A DNA stretch of 64,000 nt from an uncultured candidatus Brocadiaceae bacterium (GTDB taxonomy: Bacteria; Planctomycetota; Brocadiia; SM23-32): contig CAZZNQ010000004.1 of the NCBI GenBank assembly GCA_964655775.1, positions 7,822-71,821 on the forward strand, in the 5' to 3' direction. Positions 62,529-64,000 of the stretch are shown one piece after another. Below the pieces are notes generated by a model that searched no databases, was not told the DNA's origin, and was given only the letters and a program-made list of their open reading frames with translations. How positions within the stretch are numbered: the stretch's first letter is position 1; every line of letters starts with the position of its first letter. The position numbers and the translations under genes are program-made.

Positions 62529-64000
62529 TCACCAGCGTTTGTAGCGGTACGGGTCGTCGCCCAGGGAGAAGTCCGTGCGGTAATCCGGGCAGTAGAGATC
62601 TGGCGTCCCTGTCGACTCGCCGCCCAGCGCCTTGAGCAGTGCCCGGTCGCCGGCCAGGTGCGCGCCCATGTTGGACAGAATCTGAGCCGTGGCCCGTGTC
62701 AGGCGCCACTGGCTGAACCGCAGATAGGTTTCCTGCTCCGTGTTGAGCATGTAGGGCGATATCTGCATCAGGACCACCACCCCCGCGCCCACCTGCATTC
62801 GGCCCAGCATCCCGTTGGCGCTCATCTCGCCCACTCCGTGGGTCAGCAGCGGGGCCTCGGTCTCCACCCGCAGCCGCAGGTCGGACTCGGAGAGGCCAAG
62901 ACATTCGTTCCAGGGCGGCACGTCCATTGTGCCGTGGTATGGGAGCATCTCGGCCCGGAAGCCCATGCACGCGCTCCCGTTCGGCCGGCCGAGCTGGAGT
63001 ACGCGGCCGCCTTCGTAAAGGAACGACGTCAGCACTCCGTCGTCCGCCTCGGCCTCCGGTCCCATCACCAGCAGCACCTTGCCGACCGGCACGTAGCCGA
63101 CCTCCTCGTAGTCGAGGCCCAGCAGGTCCAGAAGCTCCGCGCCGTCGGCACCTCCGTAGTAGACCGCTTCCTCCATGCGCGGCTCGTTCTTAGCAGTTCT
63201 GGCGTAGTGCAGCAGCCGCCGCGTCACGACCTCGGCCACGGGTTCGTCCGAAGAGCGTCCCTCTACGTCCAGCGAGCACCAGAGGGCCAGTCCGCTTCCG
63301 TAGTGCAGCTCCATCAGGGGGGAGTAGGCCAGGTCGAACTCGCCCTCCAGAATCGGCCGCCAACCGCTGAGATGGGGCTTCTCCACGGCGGCGCTGGACA
63401 CGCTGCCGCGGTTACCCCAGTGCCAGCCGTACCGGCGCCCCTCGCTGACCGACTTCATGTCGCTGAAGTCCTTGTCCAGCGCGGTGTTGCGGGTGGGGGG
63501 CACGAGCGTGCCGGAGCCTCGCCAGTCGCGGAAATCGTCCTGGCTCAAGCCCCTCAGGACCGGGTGCTCCACCTGGAAGGGCACGGGGAAGAACCGGCGC
63601 GAGACGTGGCGCGCCACCCGCAGGCCGGCCTTCTCGCGCAGCCAATCCGGATCCTGCCCGAACACCACGGCGCGCCCTCCTTCGGCGACGAATCGCTCCA
63701 ATGACCCGGGGATGTCGTGTCCGCCGGACAGGGCGTTGCGCCCGACGACCAGGACGCTGCCGTCGCCCGGCTCGCCGTCCCACGGTTCCGTGGGCAGGCC
63801 CAGCCGTTCGAGGTAAGCGGTCGTGTCACCCTCGGGATCGAACGCCGCCACGGTCGGCTCGCTCTGGCTGCGGCGGGGTCGGGGCAGGACGCGGAACTCG
63901 AACGAGTCACGATGGTGCACGTCGCCGATTGTGGCCTCGATCTGGATGCGACCGGTTGCGGCCGCTTTCGCCTCCGGCAGGGGGAAGCCGAACGGGATGA
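62529..64000 (-). CDS. Large hypothetical protein, C-terminal part (5' end outside window)
   Basis: The frame stays open from the GTG at 63920 to the window edge (IPFGFPLPEAKAAATGRIQIEATIGD precedes it). No family recognised. Confidence 0.6.
   Translation of the reverse strand, partial: IPFGFPLPEAKAAATGRIQIEATIGDVHHRDSFEFRVLPRPRRSQSEPTVAAFDPEGDTTAYLERLGLPTEPWDGEPGDGSVLVVGRNALSGGHDIPGSLERFVAEGGRAVVFGQDPDWLREKAGLRVARHVSRRFFPVPFQVEHPVLRGLSQDDFRDWRGSGTLVPPTRNTALDKDFSDMKSVSEGRRYGWHWGNRGSVSSAAVEKPHLSGWRPILEGEFDLAYSPLMELHYGSGLALWCSLDVEGRSSDEPVAEVVTRRLLHYARTAKNEPRMEEAVYYGGADGAELLDLLGLDYEEVGYVPVGKVLLVMGPEAEADDGVLTSFLYEGGRVLQLGRPNGSACMGFRAEMLPYHGTMDVPPWNECLGLSESDLRLRVETEAPLLTHGVGEMSANGMLGRMQVGAGVVVLMQISPYMLNTEQETYLRFSQWRLTRATAQILSNMGAHLAGDRALLKALGGESTGTPDLYCPDYRTDFSLGDDPYRYKRW

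Noticed and set aside
60996-63704. 902-aa ORF on the plus strand
   Set aside because: It is antisense to the ANL-like gene and the large partial gene. It is extremely Arg/Gly/Ala/Pro-rich, with no RBS or promoter context. I have slightly less certainty here because the sense genes themselves are poorly characterised.
1-64000. CRISPR arrays, tRNA/rRNA genes, IS elements, integrases, toxin-antitoxin pairs, known defence systems
   Set aside because: I saw no short direct-repeat arrays, no cloverleaf-sized conserved intergenic segments (all gaps are under ~300 nt and are explained by promoters or leaders), and no transposase-, integrase- or nuclease-type ORFs on either strand. This was an inspection by eye only. 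tRNAscan, Infernal and a defence-system HMM scan would be decisive.

Overview
GC-rich (roughly two-thirds G+C by eye, not computed), densely packed chromosomal segment with about 60 protein-coding genes. I saw no rRNA or tRNA genes, CRISPR arrays, IS elements, integrases or prophage genes. The gene content suggests an anaerobic diderm bacterium: a 4-subunit 2-oxoacid:ferredoxin oxidoreductase, radical-SAM enzymes, NifX-like/Mrp Fe-S proteins, a rubrerythrin-like protein, and an RND/LolA-like/outer-membrane barrel triad. Recognisable housekeeping genes are pgi, thiC, nadA, nadK, xseB, rsmE, a TrpB2-type tryptophan synthase beta, a beta-CASP MBL RNase, a PSP1/RicT-like protein and Hsp20. There is a complete pspF / pspA-pspB-like-pspB-pspC phage-shock locus with a readable sigma-54 promoter. 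Many long ORFs antisense to these genes are GC-driven artefacts. Intergenic AT-rich islands carry E. coli-like TTGACA-N16-18-TATAAT promoters, which helped fix start codons. The most interesting items are listed here. (1) A six-gene DUF134 / Zn-ribbon / DUF5320 / NifX-like / Mrp / NifX-like operon of unknown function, with a perfect consensus promoter, a palindromic operator and RGG-rich products. (2) A sigma-54 promoter with two upstream CTGCC-N5-GGCAG palindromes in front of hsp20. (3) Two tandem paralogous ~640-aa polytopic membrane proteins of unknown family. (4) A pgi-linked operon with a GT4-(alpha/alpha)6 fusion, a second GT4 and a NUDIX-eIF2B-like fusion. (5) A translationally coupled RND / LolA-like / OM-barrel triad whose RND and OM components share GEPGLPxM repeats, downstream of a DtxR-type repressor. 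(6) A thiC-nadA-activase operon with a tandem-hairpin leader that lacks an obvious TPP riboswitch core. All family calls rest on motif recognition by eye; no database search was run.
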